Below are positions 35,501-47,100 of a DNA stretch of 64,000 bases, one piece after another. The notes under the pieces are model-generated. The model ran no database searches. It had not been told where the DNA came from and saw only the letters and a program-made list of their open reading frames with translations. The stretch's first letter is position 1, and the number at the start of each line of letters is the position of its first letter. The translations under genes and the position numbers were made by a program. Source of the DNA: Vitrella brassicaformis CCMP3155 (taxonomy: Eukaryota; Protista; Chromerida); the NCBI GenBank assembly GCA_001179505.1, contig CDMY01000677.1, positions 124,001 to 188,000 on the forward strand, in the 5' to 3' direction.

Positions 35501-37702
35501 GTGGGTCAGAAAACCCACAAACGAGTGACCTCGCGGTGTGTGTTCTTCGGCATTTACAGGCCCCGCACTGAAGGAGGAGGGAGATGAAGAGGCGAGAAGG
35601 AGCTGAATCGGATGGTGTCGCCGCGAGCCTCGGTGTTCTCTGACACGCAGGAGGACGACGGACGGCGGCGGAGCAGCGCCATCACCACGGCCAACGCCAC
35701 CACGTACATATCGACCAAGCTGCTGCTGGAGCACCGGACGCCGCCCATCAGCTCAAGCAACCGATATTTTGACCGCTTTTATCATCTGCTGTACAACACT
35801 GTGCCGATGGACATGCACCGGATATGCAATGTGTACCTGCTCATCATCAATGCACTCTACATCTCACTCTGGTATATATACACGTCTCTCTCTTCATTTG
35901 ATCATCGAGACACGATCATGTGATGTGACCGACCGCTGTCTCCCTTGCTTGCCTTTGTGCAGCACCAACAGCTTCATCGTCTTCCAGTGCTACCAACACC
36001 CATGGCCCAACAGTGAGCACGCCACATACTTATTTACACGGGCCCTGGCACTGCTCATGCCTCTCAATGAATTCCTCGCCACAGATCGGTGGTCTCTGGT
36101 GGAGTTCCCGGATGTGCTGTGCCATGACGACTTCTGGTTCAAAAACCTCTTGCCGCTCGGCCTATTCGGCATCAACTGCTATGTGGTGGGTGTGCTGTGC
36201 TTCTTCTCCTGGCTAAACTGGAACGCACCCAAGTTCTTCCACACGCACCCAGGCTTCAGGTGAGAAATGAGGTACTCACTGCAGTCAGTACCGAGGGAAG
36301 AAGGGGTGCACGTGGGCCTCTCTCTTTCAGGATTCGCTACCGGTTTCTGTTGGCTGACTTTCGCCTTGACGTCTGGTGAGACACACCGTGCAATGCACTG
36401 CATGCATCAACGTGTGTGTATAGGGTCTCCTTCAAATAATACAGGTACTGGGGAATAGTCTTCCTTGTCCGCAACACACTGCTTACCGTTACACCGCTCA
36501 TAGCCCACAACGACGGCAACATGCAGGCGACTGTCCTTATCTGTATCCTGACCTTCTTCCTTGTCCTTCATGTCTTCTACTGGCCCTGGGCAAGTGAGTG
36601 GCTCGCTACTGGCCCCATCAATGCGTCTCTCTCTCTCTCTCTCTGCGTGTGTCCGCGATGGGATGCATCCACAGGCCCCGCCAACAACGTGTTGGACACG
36701 GTCATCCTGTGCGGTCTGATTATCGTGTCTGGCGTGGGTTCGTACTTCGCCGACCGTCATGAGGACAAGGCGCCCGTCTTCGCCTACTTGCTGCTCACTG
36801 TGTTCGTGCTCGTCAACCTGTGCTGCGTCGCCTGCATTTTGTGGGCCATACGGATGCACAGAAAAAAGGTCAGCAGAGCAGACACACTGCGTTTTGGATC
36901 AACACAGATAGTTGCATATGCTGGCTGCAGGTGTTTAAGTTCGCCCAGGATGAAGACGTCGTGAGGCGGCTGATGGGGTTCTGCGCCTACGCGGAGGGCC
37001 GCGGCCAGAAGGAGCTCACTAGGAAGTTCCAAAAGTTGCCACGGTACGGTAACCAGGTTTGCATTTCACCAGAATGGCATCCTGGCTCTCTCTTCCCCTC
37101 CCCTCGCCAGGTATGATCACCAGCAGATCGAGCGTACGGTGAATGTGTTTGAGATGGAAATGATGGGTCTCCTCCGCAAACCCACCGGCCAGTCGGCCAA
37201 GCAGTCCAAACGATCCAATCGCCTCATCACCGCCGCCTCACAGCTGATGGAAGAGTCAAAACTGCCCGCAGACTACGCCAAAGAACTCGGCCAGACCTTC
37301 ACCGAGCTGGAGGCCGAGCACCATCACAACGACGAGACAGCAGATGCGCATGAGGACGCCGTGCTGCAACTGAGCCCCCGGCCATCCAAGGCCAACAACG
37401 CCCTCGTCGAGAAACAAGACCACCAGCACCCACAGGCCGATGCAGCGAATAATGAGACACAACAGCACCAGCAGCAGCAGCAGGACTCGCCAGAGAATAT
37501 GGGCGAGTACGAGCGTGATGGGCAAGACGGAGAGGAGAGACAGCTTGAGGAGGCGATGGCCATAAGCTCTGAGGGCGTGTCTCTGCGGACGCACACCGAC
37601 GATGACAACGGAGACATACCGATGGAGCAGAATGAGGGCGGCGCGAAAGCGCCCCCCTCCCCTACGGACAACACGCGAAGGGCCCCTGAGACACGAATGT
37701 AG
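29518..37702 (+). CDS. Large surface/membrane protein: signal peptide, LamG/pentraxin-like domains, Cys-rich GCC2/GCC3 (ephrin-receptor-like) repeats, multi-pass TM region, acidic cytosolic tail (CRMP-like architecture)
   Basis: Signal peptide ILQMLACISLILLMLPAALAAA. LamG motifs ALSFDG, FTLEFWY, FSGFIDEVRYW, FISGEYSEIRLW. Repeats CISCPPGT, CPVGRY, CQPCPPGRY, CGEGYYQNETGQVSCHRCP. Hydrophobic helices such as FWLFLFLGVVVAIILYA, LRMAFPLIVLGIYLALYF and VLICILTFFLVLHVFYWPW. Confidence 0.85.
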
Positions 37703-38439
37703 TGTCTTCCTTGTGCAGATGTGTAGACAGACCTGTGAGAAGTTCGTATGGGCGCGAAGGGTAGTTATGGGCCGCGGCCAATATTGGCATGCGGATTTGT
37801 AGCCAAAACTAGCCTCCAGTAGATACTCCTTAGTAGTTCATGCAGCCACAGTGGCCTGTGTGTGTGTGTGGCTACTTCCGTGTTTCATTTGCTGGATGGT
37901 TCGGCTCGCAGCCTCTCGACCGCGCTCCTCTTGACTTCGCGTTGGCCTTTACATGCTCTAAGTGGACCCCGTTTGTGTGTATTGTATGTGCCAATAGCGT
38001 TGGAAACGCAGAGGATTCACTCACTGATGCACGTGTGTCTCTTATTTTATGACCATCCAAAGATGCAAAAGACAACAAGAGAAGCGCGCGGCCCGCCCGT
38101 CCCGTCGAGGAGCACTCACTATGCATAAAAGCAACCAGACCAGCAAAAGGGTATGTCTGTCCGCCGCACGTCGACAATTAACACACACTGATGTGTTCCT
38201 GTCTGTCTGTCTTGCTGTCTGTCTGTCTCTTATGCAATCATGCACCCGCCAACAAAGACTCGTGATTAGCCCCATCCTGCTGAGTCAATGCACTGTCCAT
38301 CTGCCCCTCCTCCGCTGTCGTCATCGTGTCCATCGCCCGCACACACGGCGCGACAGCCTTGCTTTCAGACTCGCCCCCCGCACCCGCACCCGCATCCGCA
38401 CCCGGCCCCTCCCCTGCCACTTCCGCCCCGTTCGCACTC

Positions 38440-39560
38440 ACACACGTCCCCAATGCCGTCTTGTGATGGCCATGGTGCCCTGGCGAAGGTGGCTGGTGGG
38501 AGAACGACAAGTTGCTGCGAGATACGGGCTGGTGCTGGTGCCGGTGCTGGTGCTGGTGCGATGTCCGTCGCCGGCGCTTGGTCCTGTTGGGTGAGAGCCC
38601 CGCCCCCCACTTCTTCTTGAGAGGCGATGGTGTGTGCAGTGCGGTGGCATGTAGAGGGGTGCCGGGGTTGTGAGGAGTGGAGGTCGTGCAGGGCTGCATG
38701 GATTGGGGGTGCTGCATGGCGGTGTTGGTGAGCTTCTTGCCGGCCGGCAGGAGCGGGAGCTTGAATTTGGGCTCGGCGAGTGTGTATGGAGAGACGATGA
38801 TGGGGTACATCTCCATGTGGTGCTGGTTGATGATCCGCTCACTGGCCTCTGTGGGCCGCCACTGGAGACCCTCGGCACGCTTGGTTGCCGCCTTGCGGGC
38901 CTCCCCTGCATGCAGGTCGCCGCCCCTCTCCGATGTCAGACTGAAGTACCTGCACACACCACACCGCCGTACAGAGATGGATGGATGGATGGATGATGGG
39001 TGATGAGACAACGTGCCGTTTGTCGACTCTGACTGACTGACCGTATGTTTGCTTTGTTATTGTGTCCCCAGAAGCCGTGCCTCTTCTTGGCCAGCTCGCT
39101 CACCCCCGTGCGAGAACTCGAACCGAATCGCCAACCCTGCACACACACACACAACACAGGCCAGCAATGCATGTGTGTCTCTCTCTCGTGGGGCCTTTGT
39201 GACTCACCTTGAGAATGTTGCTATCATGCGGCCGCATGCCGCCTGGCTCGTCGCTCTCGAAGAGGCCTCTCTCCTCGCCGGCTATCTCATGCTCATTCTC
39301 AGCCAGCATCTGCTCCAGCTCCTCACGCATCACCAGAAGCTCGTCAGCCACCTTGCTCAGCGGCCTTAGGCCGTCCGACTCGTTGTTCATCGGCTCATCT
39401 GCGGGGGCGTCGCTGCCCGTGATGGCCTCCTTTGTCTCCTCTGATCCAGAGCCTTTGATGGTGGTCGAAATGTCACCGTTTTGCAACGCCTGTGTGGAGG
39501 CGTCAGAGGTGATGGTGGGGGCGGCGGCGTCGACCATCGCTGCTTTCTTTGCAGGGGGCA
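38440..39560 (-). CDS. Hypothetical protein, possibly with a divergent AP2-like domain
   Basis: Exons about 39209-39560, 39043-39140 and 38600-38950. Spliced ...KANIRYFSLTSERGGDLHAGEARKAA weakly resembles the ApiAP2 C-terminal motif. Confidence 0.5.
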
Positions 39561-39731
39561 AGGACGAGTGAGGAATCAGTCGAGAGAGAGAGAGCCGGCA
39601 TGGTTCTACACCAGAAATAATTCATTTGGCGATGGGAGACGCAAGCTTTGAGCTCGCAAATTGCTCGCACTGTTCCGTCGGAGGGGAAACTACTCGGGGC
39701 GAGAGGACCGGACGTGACAGTCAAGATCGAG

Positions 39732-40539
39732 ATGGCGTCGCTTCTTTCCAGCCTGCTCTCCATCGTGTCCGTTGCTCTCCTCTGCCCGGCAAGATCTGCC
39801 CCTTTTCCCTCTTCTCATGACCCAGCCTTTCAGCCCGTGACGCCCTTCAGGTCACGCCTTCAGTCAGCATGGCCACTCAGATCTCCACGCGAAGCAGCGC
39901 GGCAATGGGCGTCGCCACTGCGGATGGCGATGGAGCGGACGTACATCATGGTCAAGCCCGACGGCGTGCAGAGGAAGGTGGTCGGGGACATTGTCGGCAG
40001 ATTTGAGTCGAAAGGGTGAGAGGGAGGCAACACACACACACTTGAGCGAGTGATAAGATCACGTTTTGCATGCGGTCTGTGGCGGGCAGGTATCAGTTGG
40101 TGGGGATGAAGATGGTGCAGCCCGACCGGTCTTTGCTCGAGGACCACTACGACTCCCTCAAAGAGAAGCCCTTCTTCCCCAAACTGATGGACTATATGAG
40201 CAGCGGGCCCGTCATCGCTATGGTCTGGTCGGGCAAGGACGTCGTTGCCACAGGTACACGTGACACAACAGATCACACAGACGGACACAGCGGCTTATTC
40301 ACCGTCTGTTGTGTGTCGGTCTGCTCGTTGTCCCTCCAGGTCGCAAGATGCTGGGCGCGACCAACCCCTTGGACAGCGCGCCCGGCACCATTCGCGGCGA
40401 CTACGCCATCGATGTGGGTCGGAACATCATCCACGGCAGCGACAGTGTGGAGAGCGCTGAGCGCGAGATCGGCCTGTGGTTCACCGATGACGAGCTCATG
40501 AGCTGGCAAGACCACTCACACGACTGGGTCTATGAGTGA
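39732..40539 (+). CDS. NDK: Nucleoside diphosphate kinase with a bipartite (signal + transit) leader, probably plastid-targeted
   Basis: [58 protein letters not shown], active site NIIHGSDS. Three exons. N-terminal extension [25 protein letters not shown]...PAFQP. Confidence 0.95.
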
Positions 40540-41479
40540 ATCGTGCATGCGTGTGTGCGTGCCGGTAGTGTGGTGCCTGTGCCGGTGATGGGTGTGTGAC
40601 AACTGTATAGCGTGTAGGCCCCCATACACAACGCGTGTATGACCGATGGATGGATGGATGGATGGATGGATGGATGGGCTGCGCGATGCGCTCGCCCGGA
40701 CTTTTTCCCGCTAACTCACTGCTCTGCACTCTACGTGCCTGTCTCATGTGGATGAGGGAAGGAAGGACGTTTTCGACATGATGTCGCTCAATGGCTCCTT
40801 GGTGCAGCGCTTGTGAGATTCTGGCCGTGCACGTCTTATCACTCAAAGCAAGCACTTTGAGCGGTAAGTCGTGCGTGGCGGGCGAGACACAAGCGCTGGG
40901 TCAGGGACGAGAACGAGTGACAGACTGGCTGGATGATGGATGCGCCCTGACAACACTTTTCCCTTTCGTCTCATTCGGGTGTGCCGTCTGTGTGGTGGTT
41001 TTCCGTGGTGGGGTGCTCCGAGGGGCAGCCACGTCCAGCAGGGCATTTCCTTGCTGAGTGGCCTCTCCATGCTGGCCACCACGGGAAAGGAAGACAGAGA
41101 TGGTGTCGATCCTTGCTGCGCTATCAATGAGAGCAAACATTGGTGCCCATTGGATACTCTTCTCGTGCGTGTGTGTGTCGGTGTGTGTCGGCCTTGAGCT
41201 GCTGATGGGTGGCGTGTGGTAACTTGTCGAGCGGTGTGACGAACGGAGCTTCACACACAAATAGAAAGCATCTGTCGTCACACTGTTGGATGCGCGCCCG
41301 CTGCCACCCTCGCAGGAAGACCGAAACGAATATACAGGGAATACATTGACGCGACGGACGAGCCAAAGTCCTCCCCAGACAATTCAATCCCACGAGTCTC
41401 AGCATCAGTCCAGCACACCCGAAGCTACTCGCAATCATGTCATCTACCCAATATATCCCATCCATCTACTGTCCGATTT

Positions 41480-41960
41480 CGACTAGCCCCGCCGCGGATC
41501 CTCCCCGTCCCGCCGTGCCGCCCCATTAGAACCCCCCCAGTGCCGCCCCCACACCGCCTCGCCACCTCCTCCCTCAGGGTGTCCTTCACCTCCTCACGCA
41601 GGATCTCCAGCTGCCTGGCGTGGTCCCATGTCGTTCTGCGCACACGCCTGGAGCGGCGCTCACTTGCATGCGCCACCTCGATGGCCGACACGACCTCCGT
41701 CTGCAGTGCGATGAGGGCGTCACGGGAGGTCGCAGACGCCACAGCCAACTCGGTGAGGCTGCAGAAGACACAAAGAACGCCTTTTGTGTGGGTCTGGGTG
41801 TGGGTGTGGGCGTGGGTGTGGGTGTGTGGCTGACTTGCTGTAGGGGGCGAACTGATAGGGTTGCATGAGTGGCTGAAGTCGGTGTATGTCGGGCTGGGCG
41901 GCGGTGAAGATCTCCTGCGCCTTCTGGCCATTGGTGGTGATGCGCTGAACCCTGGAAACA
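41480..41960 (-). CDS. Hypothetical coiled-coil exon(s), possibly the 3' part of the neighbouring family gene
   Basis: Coding-like frame LTELAVASATSRDALIALQTEVVSAIEV...QLEILREEVKDTLREEVARR after an AG acceptor. Confidence 0.4.
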
Positions 41961-42659
41961 TCGCGCCGCATCGGCCGACAGAGAGAGCGTGTTTCGACGA
42001 GCTTGCGCGCACACACACATGCATTCTGTGGTCCATCGCTCACTCCTGCTGCTGCGCTTCTATGAGTCCCTCCTGATTGCGTATCTCGCCCGCTACTTGT
42101 GCCAACTCAGCAGACAAAGCGGCAATGCTGCACACACATACACATACACATACAAAGACAGACAGACAGACGTGTGGCCAGGCCTGCCAGTGGCTGACAT
42201 GGGATCGGCAGGTGGTCGAGGGCTGTCCAGATCCACCGGCCGCAAATCATCCTACGAGCCGAAACGCAGACATGAATAAGTGTGTGTGGGTGTGGGTGGG
42301 TGAGTGGATGATGTTCAGGGTGCTCGCGCCCTCACCTCCTCATGGCGTCTTCTCTGAGAGACGCCATGACGGGCCCCCTGACCGCCACCCCTGCAGGCAC
42401 GGCACAGCAGCGTGTGTGCAGGTGATGCGTTGATGGATGTGCGCGGCTGGCTGGCTGGCTGGCTGGCGTGGCGTACATGTGTGTGAGTGCGACTGTCGGG
42501 GCTGTAGGGGGGGAGACTAAGGCGTGGCAGGCGGCCTCACGAGCCTCTCGATGCACTGAGACTATCGCCACCCTGATGGATGGATCAATGACACACACAA
42601 GGGAATGACACATGCCCAGTGCCCGCCCCCCGCTCTGTCTGTGTCCCCTCACTCATCAC

Positions 42660-43950
42660 TGACCGTCTAGATCGTTCATCATAGTAGATGAGTGTGTGTG
42701 TGGTGTCGGCCAGCCGGTCGGGCGGCCTCCCCCCCGTGTAGCCCTTGACCACCAGCACGTCCTCCCTCTCAGGCAGGTCAAACCACAGCTCACCGTCCTT
42801 GCCCTGCTCCCACAGCGCCTGCAGACGGAGATACGCTATCGCGGCACGCCGCTCCTCACGCATCCCTGACAAGAAATTGAACCACGCAGGACCAATCCAC
42901 AGACACGGTGTGTGGTATATGTGCGCTGCTTGCTGACCCCCGATGACTACGAAGTTTCCGACCCTCTCCACGCCGCACGCGCCAGACGCCCGAGCGACCC
43001 GCCGCGTCAGCCCGGCCATGCGCCCCTCGTCCATACGGCGGAACACATGTAGCGTTGATTCGCTGGGGAGATCATCACCCGACAACGCTATGCGGTCAAT
43101 GACCAACTCGTCTCGTCGGCTGTGGCGGCTATCGGTCCACTCTGAGGCAATGGGCCGACAACAAAGCGTGTAGGGGTAGATGGGTCTTCACGTGTGTGTG
43201 CGTGTGCGGGAGTGTTGATGACTCACGTCCCGAGAAGAATCGTGCTGCGGCCGGGTGGTCGGTGCTCTCCACCAGGCGCATGAGCAGCATCCTGGCGGCC
43301 ATGCAGGCACGCCTGACAGACGACACGACACGACACGACACGAAACGACACGACACATCACATCAACACAAAGCGCTGCCTCCATCCGTTCTGGAGTGTG
43401 TGTTGCTGCTCACCGAGACTGTCCGAATATGAAGATGCCGTGCTGATCTGATCCCTTGAACCTGCCAGGTATTACCAGACACCCGCACTCGCGCATTGCC
43501 TGGACGTTAGGCCCCCCTGCAGTCACACAAACAGTGCCCTTGCATTCCACACACACGTGGCGGGCGCGTCCTGTCAGTGATTCTACCCCACCCATGACGA
43601 GCGGGATGTCATCTCTGGGGACGGGCAGGAGATCCATGCCGCCGGTGTTGTCGCTATCCTTGAGCGATGCGGCGCCGTTCTCCATGTATCCCTTTAGCAA
43701 CTGCAGGTACCTCCATGCCTTGCCCACGTCCTCCCTCCGCCCAGTCGCCGACATGTAGTCAACTGCAAGGAGAGGGAAAGAGCACAGCACGCATCGACGT
43801 GGCGCTGAACGCCAAAGATTTGTACCATCGACGTGTATGTGTGTGTCGGTGAGAGCCTCGGTCACACGGCGGTAGATGCCGTCGTGGGCTGTGAGGGCGT
43901 TCTCCAAGGAGGGCGGGAGGGAGCGCTCTTCGTAATGCGATGGTTGCATC
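42660..43950 (-). CDS. Member (possibly degenerate) of a lineage-specific multicopy hypothetical family
   Basis: Exons MQPSHYEERSLPPSLENAL..., VDYMSATGRREDVGKAWRYLQLLKGYMENG..., VIDRIALSGDDLPSE...FVVIGGQQAAHIYH. Similar in style to the 62757-64000 remnant. Confidence 0.5.
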
Positions 43951-44108
43951 CTCACTGCTTCTTAGTCGCCGATGCCGTGCGTGTGTGGCGAGAGCCACTG
44001 GTATCTTCAGATGGATGGATGCTTGCGTGGTTGATCATCTACGGCGTCTGATGGCCTAAGGTGGCGTGAAACCGATGTCCGTTTACCACATAGGGAGAAG
44101 CCAAAATC

Positions 44109-47100
44109 ATGGGTTCCCTTGTTTTGTCACTGCTCGTCACTCTCCTACACCTACTGAGTGGCACCCATGAACTCACAATCCACCCACCAGCCGTCGTCCA
44201 GAACATCACCGATGCGGCCACGGTGGAGCTGAAGATCACCAACGACGACGATGCCGCTCTCTCTCTGGACGTGCATGTGACCGATATCAAGTACAGCCCC
44301 TTCTTCTGGCCGAAAGACGGTGTCTGGACGGCTGAAGACTGGCGCCGATATTGGCAGACCCGCCATCCGCCGGGCGAGAACCACACTGGGGTGTTCTCAA
44401 ACACGACAGGTGAGGCAAGGCAAGCAACGGGAGAATTGCATGCACTAAAAACATGCATTACATTGCCCTTTCTCTTGCAGAAACATGGCTGCCATCCGGC
44501 GGGCACTTCCACTCATTCGGCTTCCGTGAGCAGCCCGGTGTCTTCTCGGCTCGACACGTCCTTCCTGGTGGCGCAACCGACTTCTTTGACGCGTCAAAAT
44601 CATCGCCATGGAACGAGATTGCCTACAGCCCAGCACTAGCATGGTCGAAGGGCGGGCCCTTCGGCAAACGGGGCGTTCAGACGCTTCCATACTTCGCTGT
44701 ATCGGATGTCGCTCCCTTCTGGGCCAGCTTCTTTGACTGGGGCTGGATTGGGATCGCGAGATGGTCGTGGAGTGATATCTGGGAGTGGGGCTGGGTCGGC
44801 ATTGGCCGAGAAGACTCGCCGATGGTTTGATCCTTCTTATTTTGGCTGGTATGGCATTGAAGCGGACACTCACCCGATCTATCCATTGCATTTGTTTGTC
44901 TGTCTGTGTAGGGGCTGGTTTGGCATAGCCCGCTGGACCCCATGGGACTGGTAATGAGGCGGATCGGCACAAAGAAACAGATTGCATCAGCTGTGGTGCG
45001 CATGTTCTGTGTATACCACACACATCAGGGGCCATGTTGGCACAGGTCGATGGACAGGCGATTGGGGCTGGGTTGGCATCGGACGCTGGACTGGCGATTG
45101 GGGCTGGGTCGGCATCGGCCGTGGTCGGTGGAATCCAGACTGGGGATGGACCGGTTAGCAGGCTAGCAGACATGTGCCTCAGGTGCATCTCGTGTGTCCG
45201 GCCTCTTTCTGCAGGCATTGCTCGTTGGAACCCTGGATGGGTGGGTACACAGAGATAGATAAGACACACGAATAAATCGGTGACAAGACGCTGACCTTGT
45301 TTGCTTTAATCAATCTTTTGCAGGGATGGACGGGCATCGCGCGCTATTGGTAGCAAAGAGACACATCCATAATTGCAGCAGTGACTACTGGTGTGTGTTT
45401 GCGTGCGTGTCGACAGGAATCCGCACTCGTACTTCGGCTGGGGGTGAGAGGTTGATGGCTTTCGATGAAAGCCGCTCCCGTCCTGTTTGAATCGGTTCAG
45501 GTGGGTCGGCACCGGACGATGGAGCTGGGATGATTTCTGGGGATGGGTATGCACACACGGCTGAGAAAAAGGGAAACCAACAGCGAATATCCTTTTGGTG
45601 TGGTGTGTACCGGAAGGGCTGGGTTGGAATCGGGAGGTGGGTGTCGCCAGCGTATTTTGGCTGGTGAGGCACGACATGCCAGCTGCGATTCTTTTGGCTC
45701 CTCACCGCTCTGTCCTTCCCTGCAAAACGGTTCAGGGGCTGGGTTGGTGTCGCGAGATGGCATCCGGATATCTATGGCTGGGGCCACGTCGGCATCGGCC
45801 GATGGAACCCTTATTGGTACCAACGCAAACAAAGAATGCAGCAGCATTCATTGTCTTCCTGTTTCCTGCTCTCAGGGGCTGGGTCGGCATTGCGCGCGGC
45901 TGGTGGACTGGCGACTGGGGATGGGTGGGAATCGGCCGATGGACAGGCGATTGGGGGTGGGTTGGCATTGGACGCTGGACCGGCGATTGGGGCTGGGTCG
46001 GCATCGGCAGGAATAGCGTTCTCTTTCGCCGCCAGAACATCACGGACGATGCAGAACAGGAGGACAGCAAGCAGAAGGAGATAGCGAAGGATCGCCTGAC
46101 AGCCGATAGCGGGATGGGGCGCTTCTCCGTGAGCGACTCCATGATGGAGTACTCGCCCACCGCCAGTACTTGGATGGACCTGATCGACAAGGTCATCCCT
46201 GTGGGATACTTCAGGTGAGCCGACAGGAGGCACATAGAGCAATCGATGTGCATCGTTTAGCAACGGTCATATGTGTCAGCCACAACAACACCTTCTATCC
46301 GTGGGGCGTCTACAAGGGGCCTGATGGCAACTGGCAGCCGTGGGGCTTCTTGCGCTCTTCCGAGGGGAACCTGAGGCCTTGGGGCTTCGACTACCAGAAC
46401 CTGACGAAGCCCTCGGAAGACAACTACGGAGGCACTCGCTTCTGGTCTGTGCACGACGGAGAGGTAGAGCCTATCGGTCTGTTCAAGTAAGCAACGACAA
46501 TGCATATAGAGAGAGAGGGATACTTCTGTCGAACGTCATGTGTGCCCGCTGCTGTTCTCAGGTCGTCCAATTGGCATCCCAATTTCCACGACTGCGCCAT
46601 CGGTAAATTCCCGCATTCTGTCCATCTCTCCAGCTTCGACCTCAGTCTGTTCGAGACAGCCGAGTGGCGAGACAAGTGGGCAGACCTCACTAATCATCGC
46701 CATACGCAACGCTGACACCTTCGTGTTTTGTTCTCGCCAGCCATATCACGCCGAGGGACATCGGAATGACCAGCGAGACTACATGGGAGAGCCTCAAGGG
46801 GTAGGACGCCCTGCAGCAGTGGAACCTGGCCTTCCTCTCCTCACACGACGCGAAGCTTCTCAATAACTCCCACCCTGATGCATTCTGGAAACGACTTTCG
46901 CGAGCATCGTCCAGACAAAAAGGCGGCGCTGGCAGCTGGTTGCTCGCGGATGGCAGCTGTTTGGTTCGCCAATCAGGAAGGTGGGGCTATACCGAGGAAC
47001 AGCGGAGGGAGCTGCTGCTGCAGTCCATCAAGGTCGACGAAGAGCAGAAGTTGCTCGCCATCACATTCGACACGGTAGGGAGAATTTAAGCCTGTGTGTC

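Noticed and set aside
44737-46011. Regularly spaced about 25-36-nt direct repeats (ggggctgggtcggcatcggc...) resembling a CRISPR array or minisatellite
   Set aside because: Units vary at third codon positions, are bounded by GT-AG sites in consistent phase and translate to a conserved peptide. No cas genes; eukaryotic context.
44737-46011. WG/GW repeats as Argonaute hooks
   Set aside because: The protein has a signal peptide and an extracellular protease/PAN architecture, so it would not meet cytosolic Argonaute unless the repeats belong to another transcript.
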